A stretch of 64,000 bases of DNA from Tepidisphaeraceae bacterium (lineage in GTDB: Bacteria; Planctomycetota; Phycisphaerae; Tepidisphaerales; Tepidisphaeraceae), in assembly GCA_965214125.1 (NCBI GenBank), contig CBDCBA010000011.1, positions 1 to 64,000 on the forward strand, given 5' to 3'. The position numbers and the translations under genes were made by a program. Positions 1-8,453 of the stretch are shown here, one piece after another (within the stretch, counting starts at the first letter, position 1; each line of letters begins with the position of its first letter). The notes below the pieces were generated by a model. The model searched no databases. It was not told the origin of the DNA and was given only the letters and a program-made list of their open reading frames with translations.

Positions 1-733
1 GCTCTACATCCCGCTGCCGACCGGCGATACCGCGCTGCGCGACGCGGTCCAGGAGATCCTCGCTCGAAATGAACTGTCGGACGCCCGCCTGCGCCTCACG
101 GTCACACGCGGGCGCAGCGACGTGGACCCACTGCACGGCGAGGTCCACCGCCCGACCCTCCTGCTGACGGCCGGCCCGATGACGCCGTACCCCGCGGAGT
201 TCTACGCGAAGGGGATGACCGTCCTGCTCAACAGCGAGCAGAAGGCCAATCCGTACGACCTTCAGGCGGGGCACAAGACGCTGAACTACTTCAGCCGCCT
301 GGCCGCCCTGCGCGAGGCGGCGCGGCGCGGGGCCGGCGAGTCGCTTTGGTTCAACGTCCACAACTTGCTTCAGGGCGGCAGCGTGTGCAACGTGTTCATC
401 GTTGAGGACGGTCGGCTCGTCACCCCGCCGACGAACGACGACCTGACGGAAGAAGCGGTGAAGCGGTCCTGCCCGTATCCCAAGAGCAACGCGTTGCCCG
501 GCGTCGTCCGCGGCTGGGTGATGGAGCGGGCGAAGGCGGACGGCGTGGACGTGCAGCGCCTGCCGATCGACGTCAACCGCCTGCTGGCGGCCCAGGAGGT
601 CTTCCTGACCAACAGCATCATGGGTGTGATGCCCGTGACGCGACTGGAACAAAAGCCGGTGGGCAATGGCGAGCCGGGACCGCTCACGCGGCGGCTGATG
701 GAGGCGTGGGACGGGTTGATCGCCGACGGGTGA
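1..733 (+). CDS. Class IV aminotransferase (branched-chain aa aminotransferase / aminodeoxychorismate lyase family), 5'-partial
   Basis: Frame-2 translation from nt 2 reads LYIPLPTGDTALRDAVQEILARNELSDARLRLTVTRGRSD... continuous with ORF 122..733. The LRLTVTRG and C-terminal IMGVMPV motifs are typical of PLP fold-type IV enzymes. The N-terminus lies upstream of the window. Confidence 0.8.
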   Translation, partial: LYIPLPTGDTALRDAVQEILARNELSDARLRLTVTRGRSDVDPLHGEVHRPTLLLTAGPMTPYPAEFYAKGMTVLLNSEQKANPYDLQAGHKTLNYFSRLAALREAARRGAGESLWFNVHNLLQGGSVCNVFIVEDGRLVTPPTNDDLTEEAVKRSCPYPKSNALPGVVRGWVMERAKADGVDVQRLPIDVNRLLAAQEVFLTNSIMGVMPVTRLEQKPVGNGEPGPLTRRLMEAWDGLIADG

Positions 734-750
734 CGGACGACAATCGACTC

Positions 751-1446
751 ATGGCCGTTCTCGCCCCGCCGCCGCCCGACGCCGCGTCGCCTCAGGACGA
801 ACTTCCTCGCCACCCGCCGGGGCGGACGGGCTTCGTGCCGCGCCGGATCGACCTCGATGCTTTCGTCCGCGGCGACGGGCTGCCACACGAGATCTTCGAG
901 TACGTCGACGGGTATGCCGTCGAGTTTCCGCTAATCTGCTACGGGCACAGCGACCTGCGAACTTGGCTCCTGACCGTTGGTGGTTTTGCTACAGACGGCA
1001 CCAGCTACGTGGCGGGCGAACCCTTTGGCCTCCGCGTGACCGGCGGGAACATTCGGCTGCCGGACGTGTTCTTCTGGTCGCAAGAGCAGAACGCCCGCTG
1101 CACCGACCACTACCTCGACGGGCCGGCCGACCTCGTCATCGAGATCCTCAGCCCGTCGACGCGGCGCATTGATCTGCAGGACAAGTACGCCGAGTACGAG
1201 GCGACCGGCTGCCGCCAATACTGGGTGCTCGACCCCGATCACGGTCGCCACGGCTTCTTCGCCCTCGATGACGCCGGCGTCTACCGGCCGCAGTTGACAA
1301 CGGTTGATGACGAGGGCCGGGAGTTCGTTCGCTCCGCCACGACGCCGTCGATGTGGTTCAACGTCGCATGGTTCACCGACCGCCCGCCGGTCGCCGAGGT
1401 GCTGGCGGCATGGCAGGCCACCGCGCAGCGTGAGTCGTCGACATGA
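751..1446 (+). CDS. Uma2-family (DUF820) putative restriction-endonuclease-like protein
   Basis: ADLVIEILSPSTRRIDLQDKYAEYEATGCRQYWVLDP matches the Uma2 PD-(D/E)xK-like core (E-I-x-SPS ... D ... K ... Y ... EYW). Start placed at M16 (MAVLAPPP) to avoid overlapping the upstream gene; the start is uncertain. Confidence 0.65.
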   Translation: MAVLAPPPPDAASPQDELPRHPPGRTGFVPRRIDLDAFVRGDGLPHEIFEYVDGYAVEFPLICYGHSDLRTWLLTVGGFATDGTSYVAGEPFGLRVTGGNIRLPDVFFWSQEQNARCTDHYLDGPADLVIEILSPSTRRIDLQDKYAEYEATGCRQYWVLDPDHGRHGFFALDDAGVYRPQLTTVDDEGREFVRSATTPSMWFNVAWFTDRPPVAEVLAAWQATAQRESST

Positions 1447-1513
1447 GTCGCCGCGACCCGCCGCCATTCGCCGCCGCAACCCGCCGCGCCACCCTCTGTC
1501 GAGGGAGGCGGCC

Positions 1514-2194
1514 TTGACGCTCGATTGGCTGCTTGGCTGGTGGAACCTGATCTTCCTGGTCCCGCTCGGGCTGGCGATGGCGTACCTGTTCGCCTACGCG
1601 CTCAGCGGCTGGACGTTTGGCGAGGCGGACATCGACGTCGAGGCCGAGCTTGAGGTCGACGCCGACGTGGAGGCGGAGGTCGACGCCGACGCCGATCACC
1701 CCGTCGCGCGGCCGGACATCGACGCCGACTCCGACGTCGGCCAAGCCCATGGATTGATGGCGGCCCTGACGTGGCTGGGCGTGGGCCGGGTGCCGCTATC
1801 GATCGTGCTGATGGTGCTCTTCCTGACGTTTGGGCTGATGGGCTTCGCGACGATGCAACTGCTGCGCGACGTCCTCGGCTCCAACGGGTTTTTCGTCGCG
1901 TTGCCGGTGGCGATTGTCCTGTCGTTCGGGCTGACGAGTGTGGTCAGCCGGCTGATCGCGCGGTACATGCCGTTGAACGAGTCGAGCGCCGAGGCGCGGG
2001 CGTCTTTCGTGGGGCGGCGTGGCGAGGTGATTTTCGCCGTCTCGCCCGAGGGCGGCACCGTGGTCGTCCGCGACGCCGGCGGCGACCTCTACCAGCTTCC
2101 CGCCCGGTCGGACGCGCCCATCGCCCCCGGCACCGCCATCGTGCTCACGAACTACGAGGACGGTACCTTCACGGTCCGGCCCTCTGGCCTCTGA
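1514..2194 (+). CDS. NfeD-like / YqiJ-like membrane protein (flotillin partner)
   Basis: Hydrophobic N-terminus (LDWLLGWWNLIFLVPLGLAMAYLFAY), an acidic D/E-V repeat linker, a second membrane segment pair and a C-terminal soluble beta-rich domain; it lies immediately upstream of a flotillin gene (yqiJ-yqiK-like arrangement). TTG start at 1514 is preceded by GGAGG 5 nt upstream; the longer ORF 1304.. has an Arg/Pro-rich, implausible N-terminus. Confidence 0.6.
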   Translation: MTLDWLLGWWNLIFLVPLGLAMAYLFAYALSGWTFGEADIDVEAELEVDADVEAEVDADADHPVARPDIDADSDVGQAHGLMAALTWLGVGRVPLSIVLMVLFLTFGLMGFATMQLLRDVLGSNGFFVALPVAIVLSFGLTSVVSRLIARYMPLNESSAEARASFVGRRGEVIFAVSPEGGTVVVRDAGGDLYQLPARSDAPIAPGTAIVLTNYEDGTFTVRPSGL

Positions 2195-2219
2195 CTCTAC
2201 CCTTCACCCGTTCCACCCC

Positions 2220-4067
2220 ATGGTCTTCTTCGTCATGCTTCTCGTCGGCGCTGCCCTGGCCGTGGGTCCGTGGTTCGTGCCGAACCTGAGCGGAACGGTG
2301 CAGTTGGGCTTGAGCATCATTGGCCTGCTCGTGCTGATCGCCGCCGCCGTCGCGGCCGTGGTGACCAAGCTTTACCATAAGGCGTCGGCCAACATGGCCT
2401 TCGTCCGCACGGGCATGGGCGGCGCCCGCGTCGTGAAGGACGGCGGCACGATCGTCCTGCCCGTCGTCCACCAGGTCATCCCCGTCTCCCTTGAGACGAT
2501 GCGCCTCAACGTCGAACGCCGCGGCACCCACGCGCTCATCACCAAGGACAACCTGCGCGTCGATCTTTCGGCCGAGTTCTACATTAAGGTCCAGGCTAAC
2601 AGCGACGACATCCTCAACGCCTCGCGCTCCCTTGGCGAGCGATCCATTACGCCCGGCAGCGTGAGCGAGCTTGTGCAGGAAAAGCTCGTCAGCGCCCTGC
2701 GCACCGTCGCCGCCACGCAGGAGCTCGTCGAGCTGCACAGCAAGCGCGACGAGTTCGCCAGCAAGGTGCAGGCAATCGTCACGCACGACCTCGCCAGCAA
2801 CGGCCTGACGCTCGAGAGCGTGACCATCAGCGCCCTCGACCAAACCGACCCAAGCCAGCTACAGGAGCGCAACGTCTTCGACGCCCAGGGCCTGCGCAAG
2901 ATCGCGGAGATCACCCAACGGGCCAAGGTCCAGCGCAACGAGATCGAGCGGCAAAGCGAGCAGGAGATCACGACCCGCGACGTAGCGACGCGGAAGGAAG
3001 TGCTCGATCTTCAGCGGGATCAGGCCGAGTTCGAGGCGGAGCAGCGGATGAAGGTCGCCAACGTGCAGGCGGGGCGCAAGCGCGAGCAGGAGGAGTTCCG
3101 CATCGCCCAGGAGGAGGCGGTCAATCGTCGCGACATTGAGCGGCAGCAGGCGATCGAGGAGGCCGAGGTGCAGCGCAAGCTCGCGGTCGAGCAGGCGGAG
3201 GTGGCCAAGCGGGTGGCGTTGATCGAGAAGCTTCAACAGCAGGAGACGGCCGAGGTGTCGAAGCAGCAGGCGATCGAGGTGGCCGAGCGTCGCCGCGAAT
3301 CTGCGATCGCCGAGCAGGAACAGGAACGTGCCGCCGCCCAGGCGCGGGCGCTGGAGGCCGAGGCCGAGAAGGAGCAGGCGCGACAAGACGTGCTGACCGT
3401 CGAGGTCAAGAGCCAGGCGGACCGGGAGGCCGCGCAGAAGCTTATCGCGGCCCAGCAGATCATCGACGAGAGCCGCATCCGCGAGCAGACCGAGGCCGAG
3501 GTCGACGCGTTCCGGGTCATCAAGAAGGCCGACGCCGAGAAGCAGTCGGCCGAGGCGCAGGCGGAGGCGAAGCTGCGGTTGGCCGAGGCCGACGCCAGCG
3601 CCGAGAGCAAGCGTGCCGAGGGCGAGCGGGCACGTAAGAGCGTGGACGTGCAGATCGAGCGCGAGCGTGTCGCCGTCGAGCGCGAGCGGGTCGAGGTCGA
3701 GCGCCAGGAGCTAGCCAACCGCAGCGAGTTCGAGGTGGCCGCGCTGGAGTTCGAGCTCGACAAGCTGCGCATCGCCGCCGACAAGGAGGCCCGCATCGCG
3801 GCCGCCAACGCCATGGGGAACATGATGGCCAAGGCGAACATGCAGATCTTCGGCGATCCCGAAACCATGGCGAAGATGAGCGGCCGCTTCATGAGCGCCG
3901 CCGGCTTCGGCAACGCTGCCGACGGCCTGCTCCGCAGCCTGCCCCCCGAGGCCAAGCAGTTGGTCGACCAGTTGCAGGGCAAGCTCGCCGACGTGCTCGA
4001 GCCGGAAAAGGAAGACGCTGCCAGTCCCAAGCCGGTCAAGAAGGGCGCGAACGGCAAGGCGACCTGA
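2220..4067 (+). CDS. Flotillin-like SPFH/band-7 domain protein (YqiK family)
   Basis: N-terminal TM segment, then SPFH core (ANMAFVRTGMGGARVVKDGGTIVLPVVHQVIPVSLETMRLNVERRGTHALITKDNLRVDLSAEFYIKV), followed by a very long E/A/R/Q-rich coiled-coil and a C-terminal hydrophobic/amphipathic tail; typical bacterial flotillin architecture. Confidence 0.9.
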   Translation: MVFFVMLLVGAALAVGPWFVPNLSGTVQLGLSIIGLLVLIAAAVAAVVTKLYHKASANMAFVRTGMGGARVVKDGGTIVLPVVHQVIPVSLETMRLNVERRGTHALITKDNLRVDLSAEFYIKVQANSDDILNASRSLGERSITPGSVSELVQEKLVSALRTVAATQELVELHSKRDEFASKVQAIVTHDLASNGLTLESVTISALDQTDPSQLQERNVFDAQGLRKIAEITQRAKVQRNEIERQSEQEITTRDVATRKEVLDLQRDQAEFEAEQRMKVANVQAGRKREQEEFRIAQEEAVNRRDIERQQAIEEAEVQRKLAVEQAEVAKRVALIEKLQQQETAEVSKQQAIEVAERRRESAIAEQEQERAAAQARALEAEAEKEQARQDVLTVEVKSQADREAAQKLIAAQQIIDESRIREQTEAEVDAFRVIKKADAEKQSAEAQAEAKLRLAEADASAESKRAEGERARKSVDVQIERERVAVERERVEVERQELANRSEFEVAALEFELDKLRIAADKEARIAAANAMGNMMAKANMQIFGDPETMAKMSGRFMSAAGFGNAADGLLRSLPPEAKQLVDQLQGKLADVLEPEKEDAASPKPVKKGANGKAT

Positions 4068-4115
4068 CCCTCGCGGGGAAGGCTTTCGCCGCCGCCGCGC
4101 CAACAATGACCGCGG

Positions 4116-5408
4116 ATGACCATCGCCCCGCCCCGCCCGCCTGTTCCCGCGCACGTTGAGCCGGAGGAGGTTCGCCTCCACGCGGCCGACATGGCGGTGG
4201 TCGCGTCGGCGGACGTGACGCTGGGCCAACTCCAAGCTCAGCTCGCCACCGTTGAGCCGCACCCGCAGTGGTTGCCGATCGACGGCGACGAGGACGCAAC
4301 GCTCCGCGAACTTGTTGAGCACGACTCGACGGGCCCGCTGCGCTTGGGTTACGGCGGCTGGCGCGACCGGCTGACGGGCGTGCAACTTCTCGACGGCGAC
4401 GGCCAGCGCATCACCGCCGGCGGGCTGCCAGTCAAGAACGTCGCCGGCTACGACCTCGTCCGCTTCGCCGTTGGCGGGCACGGGTGCTTTGGGCGGGTCG
4501 AAACCATTACCGTCCGCACCGCCCTGCGACCCGAGGCGGGCCTGACGGTCGAACTGCCGATCGAGCAGGGCCAACTAACGACGACAGTAAACCGCCTGCT
4601 CGTCAGCAATGCCCCGCCGCAGTGGATGCTTTGCCGCGCCGGCCTCCTGCGCTGCGGCTGGCTCGGGGACGACGCCGACCTCGACGCGCTCGCCCCGGCC
4701 ATCCGCGCGATTGCGGGCGTCGCTGCGACGCGGCAATCGCTCGCGCAGGACGCCGCCCTGCGTCGCGTCGCGCTGGCGCCGGTCCGGGCGTGGGTGCCGC
4801 CGTCGGGGATCGAGGGGTTGCTGCGCGGGGCTGATCGTCCGGGGTCGGACCCAGCCGCAAGCGACTGGGCGTTCGGAGAAACGGATGGTGAACGGCGTGT
4901 GTGCGGGACACAGAATGCGTTGCCCGCATCGACTCCCGATTCAACGTCCACGTCGAGCCTTGGTCGGACGTCCACATCGAGCCCCGACTCAACATCCACA
5001 TCGACTCCCATTACGTCTCCCACATCGGCGAAAAATCCATTGTCCACGTCGACTCTCGATCCGTCTTCGACGTCGAACCTCGAACCGTTGTCTGCGTCGA
5101 CTTCCAATCCGTCACCCCCGTCGTTATCCGATCCGACGAACGCCCAGTCGCTTGCGGCTGGGTCGGGGCCCGATCCGCACCCCGACCTGTGGGCGGATCC
5201 CATCCACGGCATCGTCTACCTGCCCCACCTGCCTGACGATTGCGACACGATCCTCAACGCCGGCGGCCACGTGACGGCGGTCGAGGGGCACGTGGTGCGG
5301 GTTTGCTCGCCGCACGCCCCATCGCCGTTGCTATCGCCGTTGCTCGCGGCGTTGAAGGCGCGGTTCGATCCTGACGCCAAGCTGCCGGCCTTGCCGACAT
5401 ACGCTTGA
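4116..5408 (+). CDS. GlcE-like FAD-linked oxidase subunit (N-terminally short) carrying an in-frame ~300-bp repeat insertion
   Basis: AADMAVVASADVTLGQLQAQL...LPID and GGLPVKNVAGYDLVRFAVGGHGCFGRVETITVRT resemble the FAD-binding PCMH domain of glycolate oxidase GlcE; the C-terminus ends ...KARFDPDAKL. The next gene is glcF-like (4Fe-4S/CCG). Residues ~245-345 are an S/T/P-rich 8-aa periodic insert encoded by an IR-flanked element (see repeat 4848..5164). Confidence 0.65.
   Translation: MTIAPPRPPVPAHVEPEEVRLHAADMAVVASADVTLGQLQAQLATVEPHPQWLPIDGDEDATLRELVEHDSTGPLRLGYGGWRDRLTGVQLLDGDGQRITAGGLPVKNVAGYDLVRFAVGGHGCFGRVETITVRTALRPEAGLTVELPIEQGQLTTTVNRLLVSNAPPQWMLCRAGLLRCGWLGDDADLDALAPAIRAIAGVAATRQSLAQDAALRRVALAPVRAWVPPSGIEGLLRGADRPGSDPAASDWAFGETDGERRVCGTQNALPASTPDSTSTSSLGRTSTSSPDSTSTSTPITSPTSAKNPLSTSTLDPSSTSNLEPLSASTSNPSPPSLSDPTNAQSLAAGSGPDPHPDLWADPIHGIVYLPHLPDDCDTILNAGGHVTAVEGHVVRVCSPHAPSPLLSPLLAALKARFDPDAKLPALPTYA
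4848..5164. mobile_element. IR-flanked ~317-bp insertion-like element inside the glcE-like CDS (28-bp perfect terminal inverted repeats; interior of degenerate ~24-bp tandem repeats; lower GC)
   Basis: Left arm gacccagccgcaagcgactgggcgttcg (approximately 4848-4875) is the exact reverse complement of the right arm cgaacgcccagtcgcttgcggctgggtc (approximately 5137-5164). The interior contains ~8 degenerate units built on a gtccacgtcgaNcc/cgtcgac core, period ~24 nt. The host reading frame is open on both strands. Confidence 0.6.
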
Positions 5409-7046
5409 GTGTCGACCTGCGTCCTCCAACGGCCTCGCACTCCCGCCGACGTTCGGCGGGAGCTTGCTGGCCGACCCCGCCTCGCCATGCCCAAGACTTA
5501 CCGGCCCAGCGCGAGCGTCGCCCCGCAGCCCGTCCAGCGTGCCGCGCCCGACCCGCCGAGCGTGCCTCCGGGCGACGCTGATGATGCCGCAGCCGCGGTC
5601 GAGCGTTTGGGACCCGCCATCGAACTGAAGCAGGCGGCCCTCGACGCGGGCAACAGTTGCGTGCAGTGCGGCCTGTGCCTGCCGGCGTGCCCGACGTACC
5701 TTGAAACCGGCAACGAGGCCGACTCCCCGCGCGGTCGCATCCGCCTGATGCTCGGGCTGCACAGCGGCGAGGTCGCCCACACCGACGCCGCCCAGACGCA
5801 CCTCGACCGCTGCCTCGACTGCCGCGCCTGCGAGACGGCCTGCCCGAGCGGCGTGCAGTACCACACGCTTATCGAGGACACGCGCGACAAGCTCGCCACC
5901 GACCGGCGCGATGGCGGCGAGCCGGTTGCCCCGCTTTCGCGCTGGCAACGGCGGCTCTTCTTTCACGTGTTCACCAAGCCCCAACGCCTGCGGGCCGCCA
6001 TCGCGGCGGCGCGGGCGGCAGACAAAATCGGGCTGCGTACCGGCCTGCGCGCGATTGGCGTGACCGACCTGTTTGGCTCGCGCGTCAAGCGCATGGAGGC
6101 CCTCCTGCCGATCGACGCCCACGCGAAGGTCTGGCCCAAGCCGCTCAAGCCGTTCTCCCCCGCGGGCGGGCTCGACCTGATTGTCGAGGGCTTCAAGCCG
6201 CCGAAGAAGGACGCGAAGCGCCAATCGAAGGCGCGGCCGACGATCGCATTTTTCGAAGGTTGCGTCAGCCAAGTTATGGCGGGGCACGTCCACCAGATGG
6301 CGGTCGAGCTGCTCAACGCCGCGGGCGCTGACGTGGTCGCCCCGCTCGGCCAGCAGTGCTGCGGGGCCATCCACCAGCACGGCGGCGACCCGGCCCACGC
6401 GCTGAAGCTGGCCAAGTTGAACATCGACGCCTTTCTTCCCGATGACGGCTCGGCCCCCGACGCCATCGTCTCCTGCACCGCCGGCGACGGCGCGATGCTC
6501 CGCCAGTACGCGGAACTGCTCGCCGACGACCCGGCCTACCGCGAGCGGGCCCAGCGCTTCGCGGCGCTCGTGCGTGACGTGACGGAGGTGCTTGTTGACC
6601 TCGGCGTCGGCGACCGAACGCCGGCCCTGGCGCACCCGGTCGCCGTCACCGCCGCCTACCACGATGCCTGTCACCTCGCCCACGGTCAAGGCGTGACGGC
6701 CGCGCCGCGCACGCTCCTGTCGCGCGTGCCGGAACTGACGCTAATCGACCTGCCCGAGAGCGATGTCTGTTGCGGCGCCGCCGGCACCTACAACCTCACG
6801 CAACCGGAGATGGCCAAGGAACTAGCCCACCGCAAGCTCGGCCGTTTCGCCGCGACGGGCGCGGGCGTTCTCGTCAGCGCCAACATCGGCTGCACCCTTC
6901 ACCTGCGGGCGGCGGCGACCGAGCGTGGCGAGCGGCTGCGGATCGCGCACCCGGTGGAACTCGTCCACGCGGCCGCGTTTGGTCGGCGGGCGTCGCGGCC
7001 GGAGCGGTGGAGCGAGCGGCACGGCAAAAATCGGGCGGCGCGATGA
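5409..7046 (+). CDS. glcF: Glycolate oxidase iron-sulfur subunit GlcF-like (4Fe-4S dicluster + two CCG domains)
   Basis: CVQCGLCLPACPTY ... CLDCRACETACPSGV (two ferredoxin-type clusters) followed by two Cys-rich CCG motifs (QQCCGAI, DVCCGAAGTY). The start could instead be M27 (nt 5487); the ATG at 5409 directly abuts the glcE-like stop. Confidence 0.8.
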   Translation: MSTCVLQRPRTPADVRRELAGRPRLAMPKTYRPSASVAPQPVQRAAPDPPSVPPGDADDAAAAVERLGPAIELKQAALDAGNSCVQCGLCLPACPTYLETGNEADSPRGRIRLMLGLHSGEVAHTDAAQTHLDRCLDCRACETACPSGVQYHTLIEDTRDKLATDRRDGGEPVAPLSRWQRRLFFHVFTKPQRLRAAIAAARAADKIGLRTGLRAIGVTDLFGSRVKRMEALLPIDAHAKVWPKPLKPFSPAGGLDLIVEGFKPPKKDAKRQSKARPTIAFFEGCVSQVMAGHVHQMAVELLNAAGADVVAPLGQQCCGAIHQHGGDPAHALKLAKLNIDAFLPDDGSAPDAIVSCTAGDGAMLRQYAELLADDPAYRERAQRFAALVRDVTEVLVDLGVGDRTPALAHPVAVTAAYHDACHLAHGQGVTAAPRTLLSRVPELTLIDLPESDVCCGAAGTYNLTQPEMAKELAHRKLGRFAATGAGVLVSANIGCTLHLRAAATERGERLRIAHPVELVHAAAFGRRASRPERWSERHGKNRAAR

Positions 7047-8029
7047 GCAATGCAAGGGCCGGCGTGACGGGCGACACGATGGTTCTCGCCGGCATCGACG
7101 AGGCGGGTTACGGCCCGGTGCTCGGACCGTTCACCCTCGGCTGCTGCGCCGTCCGCGTCCCGAAGCCCGGCGACGGCCTGCCGGACGTCTGGAACCTGCT
7201 CAAGACGGCCGTCTCCGCCAAGCGTGATCGCACCGGGCGACGTTTGCACGTGAACGACTCGAAGAAGGTCTACTCGCCATCGCTGGGGCTGAAGGAGCTC
7301 GAGAAGTCGATGCTCGCGGTGCGGCCGGCGGCGAGCTTCGACGCGTTTCTTGCCGCCGTTGATCCGGCGGCGCCGGAGCGCTCCCGCGAGGTGCCGTGGT
7401 ACGCCGCCCCGTCGGATGAGCCCCACCCGCACGCCACCGACGCCGCGGCCGTCGCCATTGCCGCCAACGCGTTGAAGCATGCCCGCGAATCGAGCGGCGT
7501 GGGGGCGTTCGAAGTCGGCGGGCGCGTCGTGTTCGAGCCGGAGTACAACCGCCTCTGCGACACCCTGCGCAACAAGTCGGCCGTGGCGCAGACGATCGTC
7601 GCCCAGCTCATCGATGGCCTGCTCCAACGCCACGCGAGCGACGGCTTGACCATAGTGGTTGATCGCCAGGGCGGCCGCTCGCACTACGGCGACTTTCTGC
7701 GGCAGATGTTCGGCGCGTGGGAACTTTCGGTGCTGCGGGAGGACGACGCGCGGGCCGACTACACGCTGTCACGAGGCACTGATTCGGTGCAGATCACGTT
7801 CGCCGAAAAGGCCGAGACGCTGGCGTTGCCAACGGGCTTGGCGTCGATGACGGCCAAGTACCTGCGCGAGCGCCTGATGGGCCGCTTCAACGCTTGGTGG
7901 CGGTCGCACGACCCGTCGCTCAAGCCGACCGCCGGCTACTGGACCGACGGCCACCGCTGGCTTGAGGAGTCGCACGCACTCCGCGACCGCCTCGGCATCG
8001 ATCAATCGACGCTCGTGCGCCGCCGGTGA
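7043..8029 (+). CDS. RNase HII-family-like protein with ~130-aa C-terminal extension
   Basis: MVLAGIDEAGYGPVLGPFTLGC matches the RNase HII catalytic N-terminal motif (G-[IV]-DE-[AV]-G-R-G-P, here Tyr replaces Arg), and HVNDSKKVYS matches the DSKK motif. The ATG at 7043 overlaps the glcF-like stop (ATGA); MVLAG at 7079 is an alternative start. Confidence 0.55.
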   Translation: MSNARAGVTGDTMVLAGIDEAGYGPVLGPFTLGCCAVRVPKPGDGLPDVWNLLKTAVSAKRDRTGRRLHVNDSKKVYSPSLGLKELEKSMLAVRPAASFDAFLAAVDPAAPERSREVPWYAAPSDEPHPHATDAAAVAIAANALKHARESSGVGAFEVGGRVVFEPEYNRLCDTLRNKSAVAQTIVAQLIDGLLQRHASDGLTIVVDRQGGRSHYGDFLRQMFGAWELSVLREDDARADYTLSRGTDSVQITFAEKAETLALPTGLASMTAKYLRERLMGRFNAWWRSHDPSLKPTAGYWTDGHRWLEESHALRDRLGIDQSTLVRRR

Positions 8030-8096
8030 GCGTCGAAGTGGGTGCGGCGGAACGTCGCCATTTCAAGCGGGGGCCAATGTGGGTATCGTGCCCCGC

Positions 8097-8444
8097 ATGC
8101 CCGTGGAATGGAGCGAGAACACGGTGGTCGCCCACCTCGCCGATGAGCCCGCCTTCAGCGATGAGGTGGAGGAGGTCCACCGCGGGTTGGAGGCCGAGCC
8201 GCAGCATTGTGTGCTGGACCTGTCGGCCGTGAGCTTCCTCAATTCGAGCAACCTTGCGCAGCTTTTGGGGCTTCGCAAGATGGTGGCTCCGTCCGGCTGC
8301 CAGATCGTGCTGGCGAGCGTGCCGGCGGCGGTCTGGGAAACGCTCGAAGTCAGCCGCCTCGATCGGCTGTTCCGCCGCGCCGAGAACGTGCCGCTGGCGC
8401 TGGCCACGCTGCAAATCGAGGAGTCGGAACGCCCGGCGCGGTAG
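8097..8444 (+). CDS. STAS-domain protein (anti-sigma-factor antagonist SpoIIAA-like)
   Basis: CVLDLSAVSFLNSSNLAQLLGLRKMV...QIVLASVPAAVWETLEVSRLDRLF is the characteristic STAS fold signature. Start at in-frame ATG (MPVEWSEN); the upstream part of ORF 7962.. overlaps the previous gene. Confidence 0.65.
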   Translation: MPVEWSENTVVAHLADEPAFSDEVEEVHRGLEAEPQHCVLDLSAVSFLNSSNLAQLLGLRKMVAPSGCQIVLASVPAAVWETLEVSRLDRLFRRAENVPLALATLQIEESERPAR

Positions 8445-8453
8445 CGGCCGCAG

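Noticed and set aside
370-1479. Minus-strand ORFs 370..888 and 931..1479 (172 and 182 aa)
   Set aside because: Antisense to the well-supported class IV aminotransferase and Uma2 genes; Arg/Pro/Gly-rich composition typical of shadow ORFs in high-GC DNA.
2169-4574. Minus-strand ORFs 2169..2843, 2859..3386, 3233..4192, 3711..4574 overlapping the flotillin gene
   Set aside because: Opposite the strongly supported flotillin CDS; low-complexity Leu/Arg/Ala-rich translations mirror the Glu/Ala/Arg coiled-coil codons.
4448-5212. Minus-strand ORF 4448..5212 (254 aa, VDV-repeat-rich) through the IR-flanked insertion
   Set aside because: Open only because the palindromic/tandem-repeat element is stop-free on both strands; no domain, and it overlaps the glcE-like gene which has conserved flanks on both sides.
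5331-6689. Minus-strand ORF 5331..6689 (452 aa)
   Set aside because: Fully antisense to the GlcF-like gene whose Cys motifs are unambiguous.
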